DNA from: Enterococcus phage 9181
Sequence record: MT939240.1
DNA length: 64,000 nucleotides
Reading direction: 5' to 3' (one strand)
Shown here: positions 46,228 to 55,755 of the stretch, piece after piece
How the letters are laid out: every line of letters starts with the position of its first letter
Numbering within the stretch: the stretch's first letter is position 1
The notes under the pieces: generated by a model
Told to the model about the DNA's origin: nothing
The model's database searches: none
The model's input: the letters and a program-made list of their open reading frames with translations, nothing else
Position numbers and translations under genes: made by a program

Positions 46228-46713
46228 ATGGTTACAAAAGTTTCGAGTCTTACTCCTGATGCCTTAAATCCCATCGAGAGACCTGACAGAAAACCTTTAA
46301 GGTTTAGGTCAGCTTCCGTGGCTTTACAATCAGCTATCTACAAAGCATGTACAGCTCAAGGAATAAACACATGGGATGGCACTAGCAGAAAGCCAAGCTA
46401 TCCATTCGTAAAGTTAGGAGAGGAGTTAACAAGTGGTGGGGAACTCTCGAAAGATCATACCATCAGAAATATTAACTTGACTCTCCATATATGGTCTGAC
46501 TTCCCTGACACGGCTGAGGTAAAAGCCTTGGGGGATTTCCTGATAGACCTGATAATCTATTCGCCACTCCACTTGGAAGAGGGTTACTGCATTGGTAGTA
46601 AAAGTCTTGACCATGTGCGATACACAGAAGCCTCTAATGGTGTTAACAAAGGCTCCCGTGGATACCTGTTCCTAGACATACAGGTTATAGATTCTTTAAA
46701 CACACCAACTTAA
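46228..46713 (+). CDS. tail terminator protein
   Basis: Position; 161 aa. Confidence 0.4.
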   Translation: MVTKVSSLTPDALNPIERPDRKPLRFRSASVALQSAIYKACTAQGINTWDGTSRKPSYPFVKLGEELTSGGELSKDHTIRNINLTLHIWSDFPDTAEVKALGDFLIDLIIYSPLHLEEGYCIGSKSLDHVRYTEASNGVNKGSRGYLFLDIQVIDSLNTPT

Positions 46714-46735
46714 CTATCAAAGGAGATTACAAATT

Positions 46736-47437
46736 ATGGCACAACAAGATTTATGTCAAAGCAATTACGTCCGTGGGGTCGCGGTACTTATCGAAGTTCA
46801 GAACCCAGACACTGGTGAGTTCTCAAAAGTAGCTGCCCAACGTGGTGGTACATTAAACCGTGCAGCCGACACTTTGGATGCTTCTTCTAAAGAAGATTAT
46901 GGATGGGCTAATAACGAAGCCGGTATCAAGTCTTGGTCAATCGACTGTGACGGGTTGTTCGTAGAGAATGTACAAGGTTTCGAAGACCTTAACGTAGCTT
47001 GGGTTAACGGAGATTGCGTACGTGTTCGGGTTCGCTTCCCTTCTGGGTTGACATTCGTTGGTAACGCAATTATCACAGACTTCCCAATCGAGTTCCCTTA
47101 CGATGACGCTGTAACATACTCGTTGACATTTGAAGGTAAAGGCGCTTTGGTACAAGCGCAAACAACTCCAACAGTATTGCCTAAGTCTATCACACTAACT
47201 TCTGATAAACCTTCTATTGCGGTTGGAGCAAAAGCTCAATTAAGTGTTGCGTTCACTCCATCGAATACAACTGACCAAACAGTTATCTACACTTCTCTAA
47301 ACCCTGCTGTTGCTACGGTTTCTGAAACTGGTGAGGTAACTGGTGTCAAAGCTGGTACTGCCACTATGAATGCTCGTTCTAACGCCAACTCTGCGGTAAC
47401 GGCTATTGTCGACATTGCAGTAACGGCTGCACCCTAA
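46736..47437 (+). CDS. major tail protein with C-terminal Ig-like (Big_2) domain
   Basis: 233 aa; C-terminal ITLTSDKPSIAVGAKAQLSVAFTPSNTTDQTVIYTS...VKAGTATMNA Ig-like pattern. Confidence 0.6.
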   Translation: MAQQDLCQSNYVRGVAVLIEVQNPDTGEFSKVAAQRGGTLNRAADTLDASSKEDYGWANNEAGIKSWSIDCDGLFVENVQGFEDLNVAWVNGDCVRVRVRFPSGLTFVGNAIITDFPIEFPYDDAVTYSLTFEGKGALVQAQTTPTVLPKSITLTSDKPSIAVGAKAQLSVAFTPSNTTDQTVIYTSLNPAVATVSETGEVTGVKAGTATMNARSNANSAVTAIVDIAVTAAP

Positions 47438-47562
47438 TCCGCCCCAAAATGTTGAAGTAGCATCAATTACCTCAACGGGGGCTACTATCATCGCAGAATA
47501 GTTTATAAAGAGGCAGATGGGAAAGCCTGTCCGCCTCTTTATTTATAAGGAGGGTACGATTA

Positions 47563-48006
47563 ATGGCTCGTACATTTAGAATTTACAACGGCTCTGACAT
47601 GCTTAAGGAAGGTGCGTCACTAAATGTTCTGGATGATCTTAAACCAGCAACTAAGTATAACCTTTTTATCAGCGTTGTAGAGGATGGTAAAGAGTCAGCT
47701 AAGGTAGCTGTTCCAGAGTTTACCACAAAAGCTGCCACCGTAGCTGTTACAGGCGTAACCATTACTCCTGAGACAGCGGAAGTAGTAGTCGGAGCAACAA
47801 CAAGGCTTACTGCGATTGTAGCGCCAGTTAAAGCTTCTAACAAGAAAGTAACTTTTAGCTCTTCTGATAAGGATGTTGCTACAGTAGGTTCTGACGGAAC
47901 TGTATCAGGAGTTGCTACTGGAGAAGCTACAATTACAGTAACTACCGAAGATGGGGATAAAACTGACACAGCAGTAATTATAGTGGCAGAAGCATCTGCC
48001 GAATAA
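47563..48006 (+). CDS. Ig-like (Big_2) domain protein, paralog of 44503..45021
   Basis: VTGVTITPETAEVVVGATTRLTAIVAPVKASNKKVTFSS...ATITVTTEDGDKTDTAVIIV, about 60% identical to the 44503 gene domain. Confidence 0.55.
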   Translation: MARTFRIYNGSDMLKEGASLNVLDDLKPATKYNLFISVVEDGKESAKVAVPEFTTKAATVAVTGVTITPETAEVVVGATTRLTAIVAPVKASNKKVTFSSSDKDVATVGSDGTVSGVATGEATITVTTEDGDKTDTAVIIVAEASAE

Positions 48007-48016
48007 TAACATAATG

Positions 48017-48046
48017 AGCCTTGCCCACAGGGGTGGGGCTTTTATT
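48017..48046 (+). terminator. intrinsic terminator (gccttgccc-acag-gggtggggc plus T-run)
   Basis: Read directly from the sequence. Confidence 0.5.
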
Positions 48047-48053
48047 TTTAAGC

Positions 48054-48082
48054 TTGACAGTTAGCCTTTTGTGTGCTATAAT
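48054..48082 (+). promoter_or_regulatory. sigma-A-type promoter inside the morphogenesis block (TTGACA, 17-nt spacer, TATAAT)
   Basis: Perfect consensus hexamers. Confidence 0.55.
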
Positions 48083-48126
48083 GGACTACGGATATGTCTA
48101 ACCTGCATACATAAAGGAGACTAAAA

Positions 48127-48561
48127 ATGATTATTCAATTTCAAGGAAAAAACAGAAACTTAAAGATGACTTACTTTTCCATTCACTTACTGGAACTAGC
48201 ATTTTCACAGCCATATGCAAACTTCATCATGGAACAAACTCCATTTAACCAATCTCTCTATTGCTTCTGGGCAATGATCCAAAATGACAAAGAATTTGAA
48301 GGTCTTTCAGTACCACAGATTGCCGACCTTTTGGACGAATCCTTAGAAAAGGAAGAGTTCACTCTCCAAGAATACTTTGATAAGGTAAACAAGAGCTACT
48401 CTGATAGCTTGATCGTACAACAGCTATTCAAGAAGTCGGGCTCTGAGAATCCCAGTGGACGGGGAGAGGGAAACTCCCCTACTAGAAGTAAGGTACTTCA
48501 TGCAATTATGCGGAGACTTCGGAATTTCGCCAAGCGATTTTTGGAGAAGCACCCCGAATGA
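48127..48561 (+). CDS. tail assembly chaperone (gpG-like)
   Basis: 144 aa immediately upstream of the tape measure gene; an overlapping second ORF is present. Confidence 0.6.
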   Translation: MIIQFQGKNRNLKMTYFSIHLLELAFSQPYANFIMEQTPFNQSLYCFWAMIQNDKEFEGLSVPQIADLLDESLEKEEFTLQEYFDKVNKSYSDSLIVQQLFKKSGSENPSGRGEGNSPTRSKVLHAIMRRLRNFAKRFLEKHPE

Positions 48562-48817
48562 GTTTAATGGATTAATTCGTGGTAGCCTAGTCAGACAACA
48601 ACGGGAAGCTCGATTGATGCTTCCGCTATACCACTCTAAGAAAGCTCTTAAAACTAAGGACATCTTGGGATGGGAATTGACTGACGAGAATGAAGGCTTT
48701 GGAACAGAGAAAGCTAAACCTGCTAATGTGTTGGATAATTTCGATTCGTTAGAGGAAAAGATAGAGTACAAGAAAGCAGAGATCAAAGACTTATTCGATT
48801 CCTTTGACGATTTCTAA
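48455..48817 (+). CDS. tail assembly chaperone frameshift extension (gpGT-like, +1 frame relative to 48127..48561)
   Basis: Overlaps the 3' end of the gpG ORF by 107 nt, runs to just before the tape measure start, and has no RBS of its own. Confidence 0.5.
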   Translation: MDGERETPLLEVRYFMQLCGDFGISPSDFWRSTPNEFNGLIRGSLVRQQREARLMLPLYHSKKALKTKDILGWELTDENEGFGTEKAKPANVLDNFDSLEEKIEYKKAEIKDLFDSFDDF

Positions 48818-48833
48818 GGAGGATATATCCTAA

Positions 48834-51800
48834 ATGGCAGATAATGAAATGAGAATAAAAATCGTTGTTGACCAATCTCAGTACCAAAGCGCCATGAAGA
48901 ATTTGGGAAAACAACAAGGAAGCCTTATCGACGGGTTCGGCAAAGCTGGTAAAGCTGGTGGACTCTTCGGAAGGCAAGTATCACAAGGTATGGAGCAAGC
49001 CTCTAGCTCAGCATCCAAAGGTGTGAAGGCGTGGTCAAGTTTTAACACTGGCTTTGGTACAGTGACTGCTGCCTTAACCCCATTCACACTAGCTATGCAA
49101 GCTGGGGGTAAAGCCATTGGTGCTGCTGGTGGGTTCATTAAGAGCTCTCTATCAGACTATGCAACCTTTGAATCAACCTTGAAACAGGTTCAGATTATCG
49201 CAGGTGGTACAGATGCCGACATGAAACTCTTGGGAGACACCGCTAAAAAACTTGGTGCCAACACCTCCATCGGTGCTCAAGAAGTAGCTAACGCCGAGGT
49301 AGAGTTTGCTAAGTTAGGTTTCACGGCTTCTGAAACGGCAGATGCCATGACTGGTATTGTTTACGCTTCTGAGGCTTCTGGATCATCCATGGAAACAACT
49401 TCAACCATCGTAGCTTCCGCCCTAAACACATGGAACCTTAAGGCTTCTGACGCTACCCATGTAGCTGATGTGCTTGCTCAAACAGCTAACCAAACTGCTG
49501 CAGACATGACAGACTTGGGATATACTTTCCAGTATGCTGGGGCAACGGCTCAGTTAGGTGGAGCTTCCATGGAACAGCTTGCTGCCTATACTGGTATCAT
49601 GGCTGACCAAGGTATCAAAGGTTCTAAAGCTGGTACAACATTGCGTACAGCATTTATTAATTTGACTAAACCTACAGAGGGTGCAGCGGCTAAGTTACAA
49701 GAGTTAGGAGTCAACCTTAAGGATACCGAGGGTAATGCTCGTCCTATCCCATCGGTAATTGCTGACTTGCAAGACAAGATGCAAGGTATGTCTAAGTCTG
49801 ACATCATGGATATTTCCACAATCCTGTTTGGTAAAACTGGTGCTGCTGGCATGTCAATGGTCTTGCAAAAGACTTCAAAAGAGACTGCTGACCTTACTAA
49901 ATCATTAGTAGACTCTACAGGAACAGCCGAAGCTCAAGCTAAAAAGATGCGTGAGACTTTAGCTGGTCAGTTAGACCAAATACAGGATGGCTTTGCAACC
50001 TTAAAACTTAAGATCGGTGAAGCCTTCGCTCCCCTAGCCACAGAAGGTGCTAAGGCTATCAACGGAGTCTTGGATGATCTATCTGGAAAGGTAGACCAAG
50101 CAGCAGTATCATTCAAAGGATTTACTGAATCGGCTAACTTCGGAGCAATGAAACAATCATTCGGAGAGCTCGCAGGAGCTGCTGGTGACATGTTCGACAA
50201 GATGTTGGGTAGTGGTGGTTTCAAAGCCATTGCTGACGATGTTGTACAGTTCAGCACACAGATTGCTAACGCTGGGACAGACTTAATGGACTTTGCAAGT
50301 AAATCAGGTGGGGCGATAGACTTCTTCGATGATCTTAACCAGAAATTAAAAGATGCTTCTAAGGCTGTGGAAGAAGCCAACCCAATTGCTCAAGGATTGA
50401 ACAAGCTTTTTGGTAAAGACAAATCCAAAGAAGCTGAGAATCACGCTACGGCTGTTGGTAAGTTTGCTTTAGCGGTTCGTAACATGAATGTCAACGCCCG
50501 TGAAATTCAAGCTGACCCATTCTCTTCAATGAACATTCCTAAAGCTGAGGCTGAAATGAGACTTATCGGGACGACCATGGCTGACCTTACTGAAAAGGGT
50601 AAAAACTTTACTCTTATTGACGAGACGCAAGTGACAGCTTTCCAAGGTGCTACACAGACTATTCAAACAGACTTGAACCAACTTACAGCTAAGGTTACTG
50701 CTGAGAATGCTAAGTATGCTCAAGACCCAAGTTACAATCCTGCTGGAGCATTAGCAAAAGCTACTCAAGCGAGCCTACCTGCCGTACAAGAGGCTTTGAA
50801 TACTCAAGTAGCAACCACTCAAGCAGCTAACACTAAACAATTGGATATACTTACTCAGTTTATGGGAGAACAAACCTTGCTTACCACTGAGCAACAAGCT
50901 AATTTATTAGCAGCTGTTCAGACGGGTAATGACCAACAGGTTGCTGAGCAACAAACCCGTAACCAAGAGATATTAACTATCTACCAAAACTTGTCTAACA
51001 TGACTGTTGACGAGCGTAACAGAGGTCTTGCAAGAATCGCTGACCTTGAGAGACAAAACACTGCTCAAGTAGTTCAAGAGGCTAACATCCGCTCTGAATC
51101 AATTATACAAACCCTAGCTGCCCAAGTAGCTGCCACAGGTAGTTTGTCAGAGGAACAAAAACAAACGGCTATCACTGCTGCTAACACCCAACGTGACGAA
51201 ACTGTTAAAGCTGCCCAAGACCAGTATGTACAACGTGTAGCCGCCATTAAGAACATGACAACAGAAGAGGTTACTGCCTCTGGACACTCCCGTGATGAAC
51301 TTATCCGAGCTGCTGCCGATACCATGATTGGTACAGTTGGTCACGCTGAGACAATGCGTACTGAAACGGTTGGTAAGATTGAGGACATAGCTGCTAAAGC
51401 TGCTGAAACAGACGGTACTAAGATTAACATCGACGCCCTTACACATGGTTTCGACGACGCTGTTCAACAGATGGAACGTGTACTTTCTTATAATGGTAGG
51501 ACAGTTACAATTCCTGTAATGACAACTACTGTAGCTGGTTCGGTAGATGCTGCCAAGGCTGCTGGCGGACCTGTTCCTACAAAGGCTCGTGGGGGTTTGA
51601 CAAGCGGAGTTGCTGCCACTATGGGTACAGGTCAAACCACCTTCAATGTAGGCGCCTCTGCTGCTGGTCAAGGTACTCAACTAGGTCAAGGAGGGTTCTC
51701 AATGTCCGGTGGTGGAGTTATTACCAATGAACGTGGAAGAGAAGTTACTATGCCTGTTGGGAACACCACCTACATGAGACCTTTCGCAAGAGCCATTGCT

Positions 51801-51959
51801 GATGAGCTTCGTGCAATGACAGGTGGAGGTGGGGCTCAAGAGATTGTAGTTCCAGTATACCTCGACTCAAGAGAGTTTGCAATAGCAACTAATAAAGACA
51901 TGTCAACAGAACAAGCCAAGTACAAGGCTTTGAAGAACAGAGCCCGTGGAAAGAAATAG
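48834..51959 (+). CDS. tail tape measure protein
   Basis: 1041 aa, Ala/Gln/Thr-rich with coiled-coil segments, follows the G/GT chaperones. Confidence 0.85.
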   Translation: MADNEMRIKIVVDQSQYQSAMKNLGKQQGSLIDGFGKAGKAGGLFGRQVSQGMEQASSSASKGVKAWSSFNTGFGTVTAALTPFTLAMQAGGKAIGAAGGFIKSSLSDYATFESTLKQVQIIAGGTDADMKLLGDTAKKLGANTSIGAQEVANAEVEFAKLGFTASETADAMTGIVYASEASGSSMETTSTIVASALNTWNLKASDATHVADVLAQTANQTAADMTDLGYTFQYAGATAQLGGASMEQLAAYTGIMADQGIKGSKAGTTLRTAFINLTKPTEGAAAKLQELGVNLKDTEGNARPIPSVIADLQDKMQGMSKSDIMDISTILFGKTGAAGMSMVLQKTSKETADLTKSLVDSTGTAEAQAKKMRETLAGQLDQIQDGFATLKLKIGEAFAPLATEGAKAINGVLDDLSGKVDQAAVSFKGFTESANFGAMKQSFGELAGAAGDMFDKMLGSGGFKAIADDVVQFSTQIANAGTDLMDFASKSGGAIDFFDDLNQKLKDASKAVEEANPIAQGLNKLFGKDKSKEAENHATAVGKFALAVRNMNVNAREIQADPFSSMNIPKAEAEMRLIGTTMADLTEKGKNFTLIDETQVTAFQGATQTIQTDLNQLTAKVTAENAKYAQDPSYNPAGALAKATQASLPAVQEALNTQVATTQAANTKQLDILTQFMGEQTLLTTEQQANLLAAVQTGNDQQVAEQQTRNQEILTIYQNLSNMTVDERNRGLARIADLERQNTAQVVQEANIRSESIIQTLAAQVAATGSLSEEQKQTAITAANTQRDETVKAAQDQYVQRVAAIKNMTTEEVTASGHSRDELIRAAADTMIGTVGHAETMRTETVGKIEDIAAKAAETDGTKINIDALTHGFDDAVQQMERVLSYNGRTVTIPVMTTTVAGSVDAAKAAGGPVPTKARGGLTSGVAATMGTGQTTFNVGASAAGQGTQLGQGGFSMSGGGVITNERGREVTMPVGNTTYMRPFARAIADELRAMTGGGGAQEIVVPVYLDSREFAIATNKDMSTEQAKYKALKNRARGKK

Positions 51960-51973
51960 GAGGAAATTAAATT

Positions 51974-54900
51974 ATGCCTTGTGTATATAAACCTAACTAC
52001 GTGCCCTATGACTTCATGAACCTCTCCCCTGCATATCAGTGGGGGATTGGTCGTGTGGCTGGGTACACTCACTTTGACCAAGCAGAGTTCCAAACTATTG
52101 AAGGGGAGTCTCATGTCACTTGGGATATCAACTTTAAGAATAAGATTGCCAGAGACCTCACTTCTAACCCTCATCGCTTAATTGCTGAGAACAAGAACCA
52201 CGTCTTCCATAATAACATCTTACGAGGCTCTCGATTCCTTTCCAATCCAGTATTACTTTTCAACGGTGCTAAGTATGTTGAAACAGCCCAAGATAATAAC
52301 TCTGCGGTCGCTATGTCTGAACAGACTGACCAAGGTCTGATGTTTTACTGGGATGACTTTATAGGAGACTATGGTGTCATGAAAAAAGGAGACACCGTGA
52401 CTATCTCAGTAGATATTCGTACCAACAACAAAGATGTTGACTTGGTGGAAGCAGTTCGCTTGAAAGCTACTCCTAACTTCGAGCCATATTCTAAAATCAC
52501 TACACAGGAAGTTAACGACGGGTTTACTAGAATTGTCTTCCAAACTAAGGTACTGAATACTGAATGGCTTCCTGAGGATGGTTGGGAAACAATCTGGGGT
52601 GTACAGAACCCTGAGACCTCTTCCAAGTACACTGGTCGTGAGTGGAACAAAGATCGTTTGATTGGGATTGTACAAAACATTCCTAACGTTCAATTGGAAT
52701 ACACTCGACCAATGGTTAGTTTGGAAGGTTCTACAACATATCAAGAAGCTGCTATGGATCAGATTACAAAGAATGTGTTTAGTTGGAATGGAATGCAAAA
52801 AAAACATATCCTTCAAGATAATGGATTGTTCGCCACTTCTAAATATGATTATGAATATGCCAATCCAAACTTCTTATCAGTACCCCAAGGATCACAGTGG
52901 CAAGGTGTTGCATCACTTGTATTCATGAAGTTCACTAAGAAAGCTTATCAAGTAAAACCGGAAGATGAGACTCTTAATGTATATGGTAAGTTAGTGTGGT
53001 ACTCAGATAAAACTGAGACCTCTAAAATAGCTACTAACGTATTTACGAAAGAAGATGGTAAGTACGGAGGGGAACTATCTATCCTACCTATACCAGAAGG
53101 TGCTAAATACTATAGGCTTCACGTAACGGCGCACTCACAGCAATCGGTAGAGTTCCGAATGGGATTTACTGATATCTCTTATGTAAACAACTCATCCCAA
53201 TCAGCAGAGCTTACTCAAGCTATGTATGATGGCGTAGCTGAAATGTTGGATGGTAAAGTCGCTAGAGTATATGCTGACAACTACATTGAGCGTGTTAAGA
53301 TAGATTATAAAATTGACTTGTTAGCAGAAATGAGACGAGCATTTCCTAAGATTTTCGAAGGTCTATCTATTGAAGAGTCTGTAGAAAGAATTAGAACTAT
53401 TGCTTACTTGATGGACTTAACGGCTACTGCTCGTGGTGGTGATGATGACAATATTATCCACTGGCACATGAAGAGTAGGGAGGGCATTGCTGGAGAAATC
53501 CATGGTTTCGGCAAAGAGGAACTTACAACATATACACATCGAAGTACTTGGCAAGATTGGATTCAGGATGATGGTACTCTTTGGGGTTACTTCTATACTG
53601 ACTCGCCAAGACCTAACAATGGTACTCAAGCTTGGATTGAGTTAGATTACTTTAACATCCGCATGACAATCGTGGCTAAGAATACTGAGATTGATGCTTG
53701 GGGATTCCGCTCTGACGACTCCCGTTACGACAAGACTTCGGTAGACATTCCGATGATGCGTACTGAGGAGAATATGCAAAACTCTTCTGTACAGGTTACC
53801 CATGGTTATGACATCTACGGTATCGTAAATGCTAAGTACCCAGAGTTCTTTGGAGATTGCTACACCTATGAAGACTGTATCAACAAGCTTAACGAACGGA
53901 TTGAATCATTCACATTCGAAGTGTCTTCTACAATCCCTGACCCAGACGTAGGTGGAGCAGGCTATGTAAACTTCGTGGTAGAAGCTACGGAGCACATCAG
54001 AGACACTACTACTAAGCTAGATAAGAACACCTCTGACTTCATAATCGTACACAACGGATTGAACAAGTTTGTCCAAGAGAATGGTTATGTGTACTTAGGT
54101 GGGGAACGCCCTCCAGAAGACCGTAACACTGAGTTGGGTATTACTTCTAATGTAACCTTCCAATTGAAGTTTGATAAGAACTATGACAACAACAAGCGAA
54201 TATTCCGTTACAACAAGAAAAAACAACCGTGGTTCCTTTTTGTAAGGGATATCCAACGCTCAGTACTTCCTCCCAAAGTTAACAACCTAGTTGACATGAA
54301 CAGAGGTCGTAACCGATACTCATATGGTCAGACAGAGGAAGCTCGTTCAATAACACTTCAATGTTTTATTAAAGCTCCTTCTGAGCAAGACTTGGCTCCA
54401 TTATTAGAGGAGTTAGCCGACTATTTAGACGTTGGAGAAACTACCCTACAACTGTATGACAACCCAGAACGTGTTTATAAAGTAGTCCTTGATGGATCGA
54501 CGGACATTTCACAGACACTCCATATGGGAGAGTTGTCATTAAACTTTATTTTATTGGACAATTATGCGGTTGGTAAGGAAGTTGTAGTTAGAGAGAGCTT
54601 TGGCTCAAGCACTTCTGTGCCATTCTTACAGTTACAAAATGAAGGTACTGCACCGACTTACCCAACATACCTACTAGATTTCAAAGAGGACGCCCAATTT
54701 GTCGACTTGATTGGTCAGAACGAGTCAGCTAACATTTCCGTTGGTAGACGTAGTAAGGCTAGTTCGGGAAGCACTAACAAGAATATGCGACCACAGGTAT
54801 TCTACTCCAAGTTTACCGATAATGATGGGTCTGGGTGGATTGCTCTTAACGATACCTTGATATCTCAAAAGATAGAAGGTAAGAAACCCACTCTACAAGG

Positions 54901-55744
54901 TTCTGTGCAACGTTCTAATGGAATGATTAACATGAACCGATGGGATTACGGCGACGCTAAAGATGGTTGGCACGGACATGGTGTTATTGGAACTCTTAAG
55001 AAGAATGTCAATAACTTTGTATGTGAGGCTTCGGCAACAATCCTTGGAAAACCTCTTAAGGAATCACTAAACGGATTCTTCCTTATCTTCTATGATGCAG
55101 TTAACAAACCTATTGCACGAGTTAAGTTAAGTACTCGTACAGCTGATGGTCACTTAGACTCATATATTGTAGATGACGAAGAGGCAGATTCATGGGGTAA
55201 CCATAACTTGGTTATCAGCCAAGGTGCCACGACTAAATGGGATAATTTTCAAGGTAAGGTTATTGTAGAGCGTAAGAATAACCAATGGAGACTTACAGTA
55301 GGTCAGATGAAAGACCGTCGCTGGTCACCAGCTCCAGAGTCCAGTTTCAATATGGGAACAGCCATGTTGAAAGATGTTAAGACTACCGGTTGGAGAACTC
55401 TTGACTCAGCTACTTGGGACAGAGAAGTTGCTAGGGTTGGGATATTCCTAGCACAACGTCAACAACGTCCTAAGATAGGTCACGTATCACTACGACGCCT
55501 AATCGTGTGGGAAGATTTGACAGAAGATGCTACAACACCTGATGAAGACCCTATTATGATTAACGCTGGCGACCAAGTGGCTATTGACTCTGAGAAAGGT
55601 CAAGTGTATTTGAACGGCGTGGTAACTCCTAAGTTAGTAGACCCTATGACAGACTGGTTCTCAATTGAGAAAGGCGAGAACTTAGTAGGTGTCAACAACT
55701 TCATTGGAGATTTGACAGTAGTATATAATGAACGATTTAAATAG
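51974..55744 (+). CDS. distal tail protein (Dit-like) with large insertions
   Basis: Gene order TMP-Dit-Tal; 1256 aa, much larger than the minimal Dit. Confidence 0.5.
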   Translation: MPCVYKPNYVPYDFMNLSPAYQWGIGRVAGYTHFDQAEFQTIEGESHVTWDINFKNKIARDLTSNPHRLIAENKNHVFHNNILRGSRFLSNPVLLFNGAKYVETAQDNNSAVAMSEQTDQGLMFYWDDFIGDYGVMKKGDTVTISVDIRTNNKDVDLVEAVRLKATPNFEPYSKITTQEVNDGFTRIVFQTKVLNTEWLPEDGWETIWGVQNPETSSKYTGREWNKDRLIGIVQNIPNVQLEYTRPMVSLEGSTTYQEAAMDQITKNVFSWNGMQKKHILQDNGLFATSKYDYEYANPNFLSVPQGSQWQGVASLVFMKFTKKAYQVKPEDETLNVYGKLVWYSDKTETSKIATNVFTKEDGKYGGELSILPIPEGAKYYRLHVTAHSQQSVEFRMGFTDISYVNNSSQSAELTQAMYDGVAEMLDGKVARVYADNYIERVKIDYKIDLLAEMRRAFPKIFEGLSIEESVERIRTIAYLMDLTATARGGDDDNIIHWHMKSREGIAGEIHGFGKEELTTYTHRSTWQDWIQDDGTLWGYFYTDSPRPNNGTQAWIELDYFNIRMTIVAKNTEIDAWGFRSDDSRYDKTSVDIPMMRTEENMQNSSVQVTHGYDIYGIVNAKYPEFFGDCYTYEDCINKLNERIESFTFEVSSTIPDPDVGGAGYVNFVVEATEHIRDTTTKLDKNTSDFIIVHNGLNKFVQENGYVYLGGERPPEDRNTELGITSNVTFQLKFDKNYDNNKRIFRYNKKKQPWFLFVRDIQRSVLPPKVNNLVDMNRGRNRYSYGQTEEARSITLQCFIKAPSEQDLAPLLEELADYLDVGETTLQLYDNPERVYKVVLDGSTDISQTLHMGELSLNFILLDNYAVGKEVVVRESFGSSTSVPFLQLQNEGTAPTYPTYLLDFKEDAQFVDLIGQNESANISVGRRSKASSGSTNKNMRPQVFYSKFTDNDGSGWIALNDTLISQKIEGKKPTLQGSVQRSNGMINMNRWDYGDAKDGWHGHGVIGTLKKNVNNFVCEASATILGKPLKESLNGFFLIFYDAVNKPIARVKLSTRTADGHLDSYIVDDEEADSWGNHNLVISQGATTKWDNFQGKVIVERKNNQWRLTVGQMKDRRWSPAPESSFNMGTAMLKDVKTTGWRTLDSATWDREVARVGIFLAQRQQRPKIGHVSLRRLIVWEDLTEDATTPDEDPIMINAGDQVAIDSEKGQVYLNGVVTPKLVDPMTDWFSIEKGENLVGVNNFIGDLTVVYNERFK

Positions 55745-55755
55745 GAGGAAGATAC

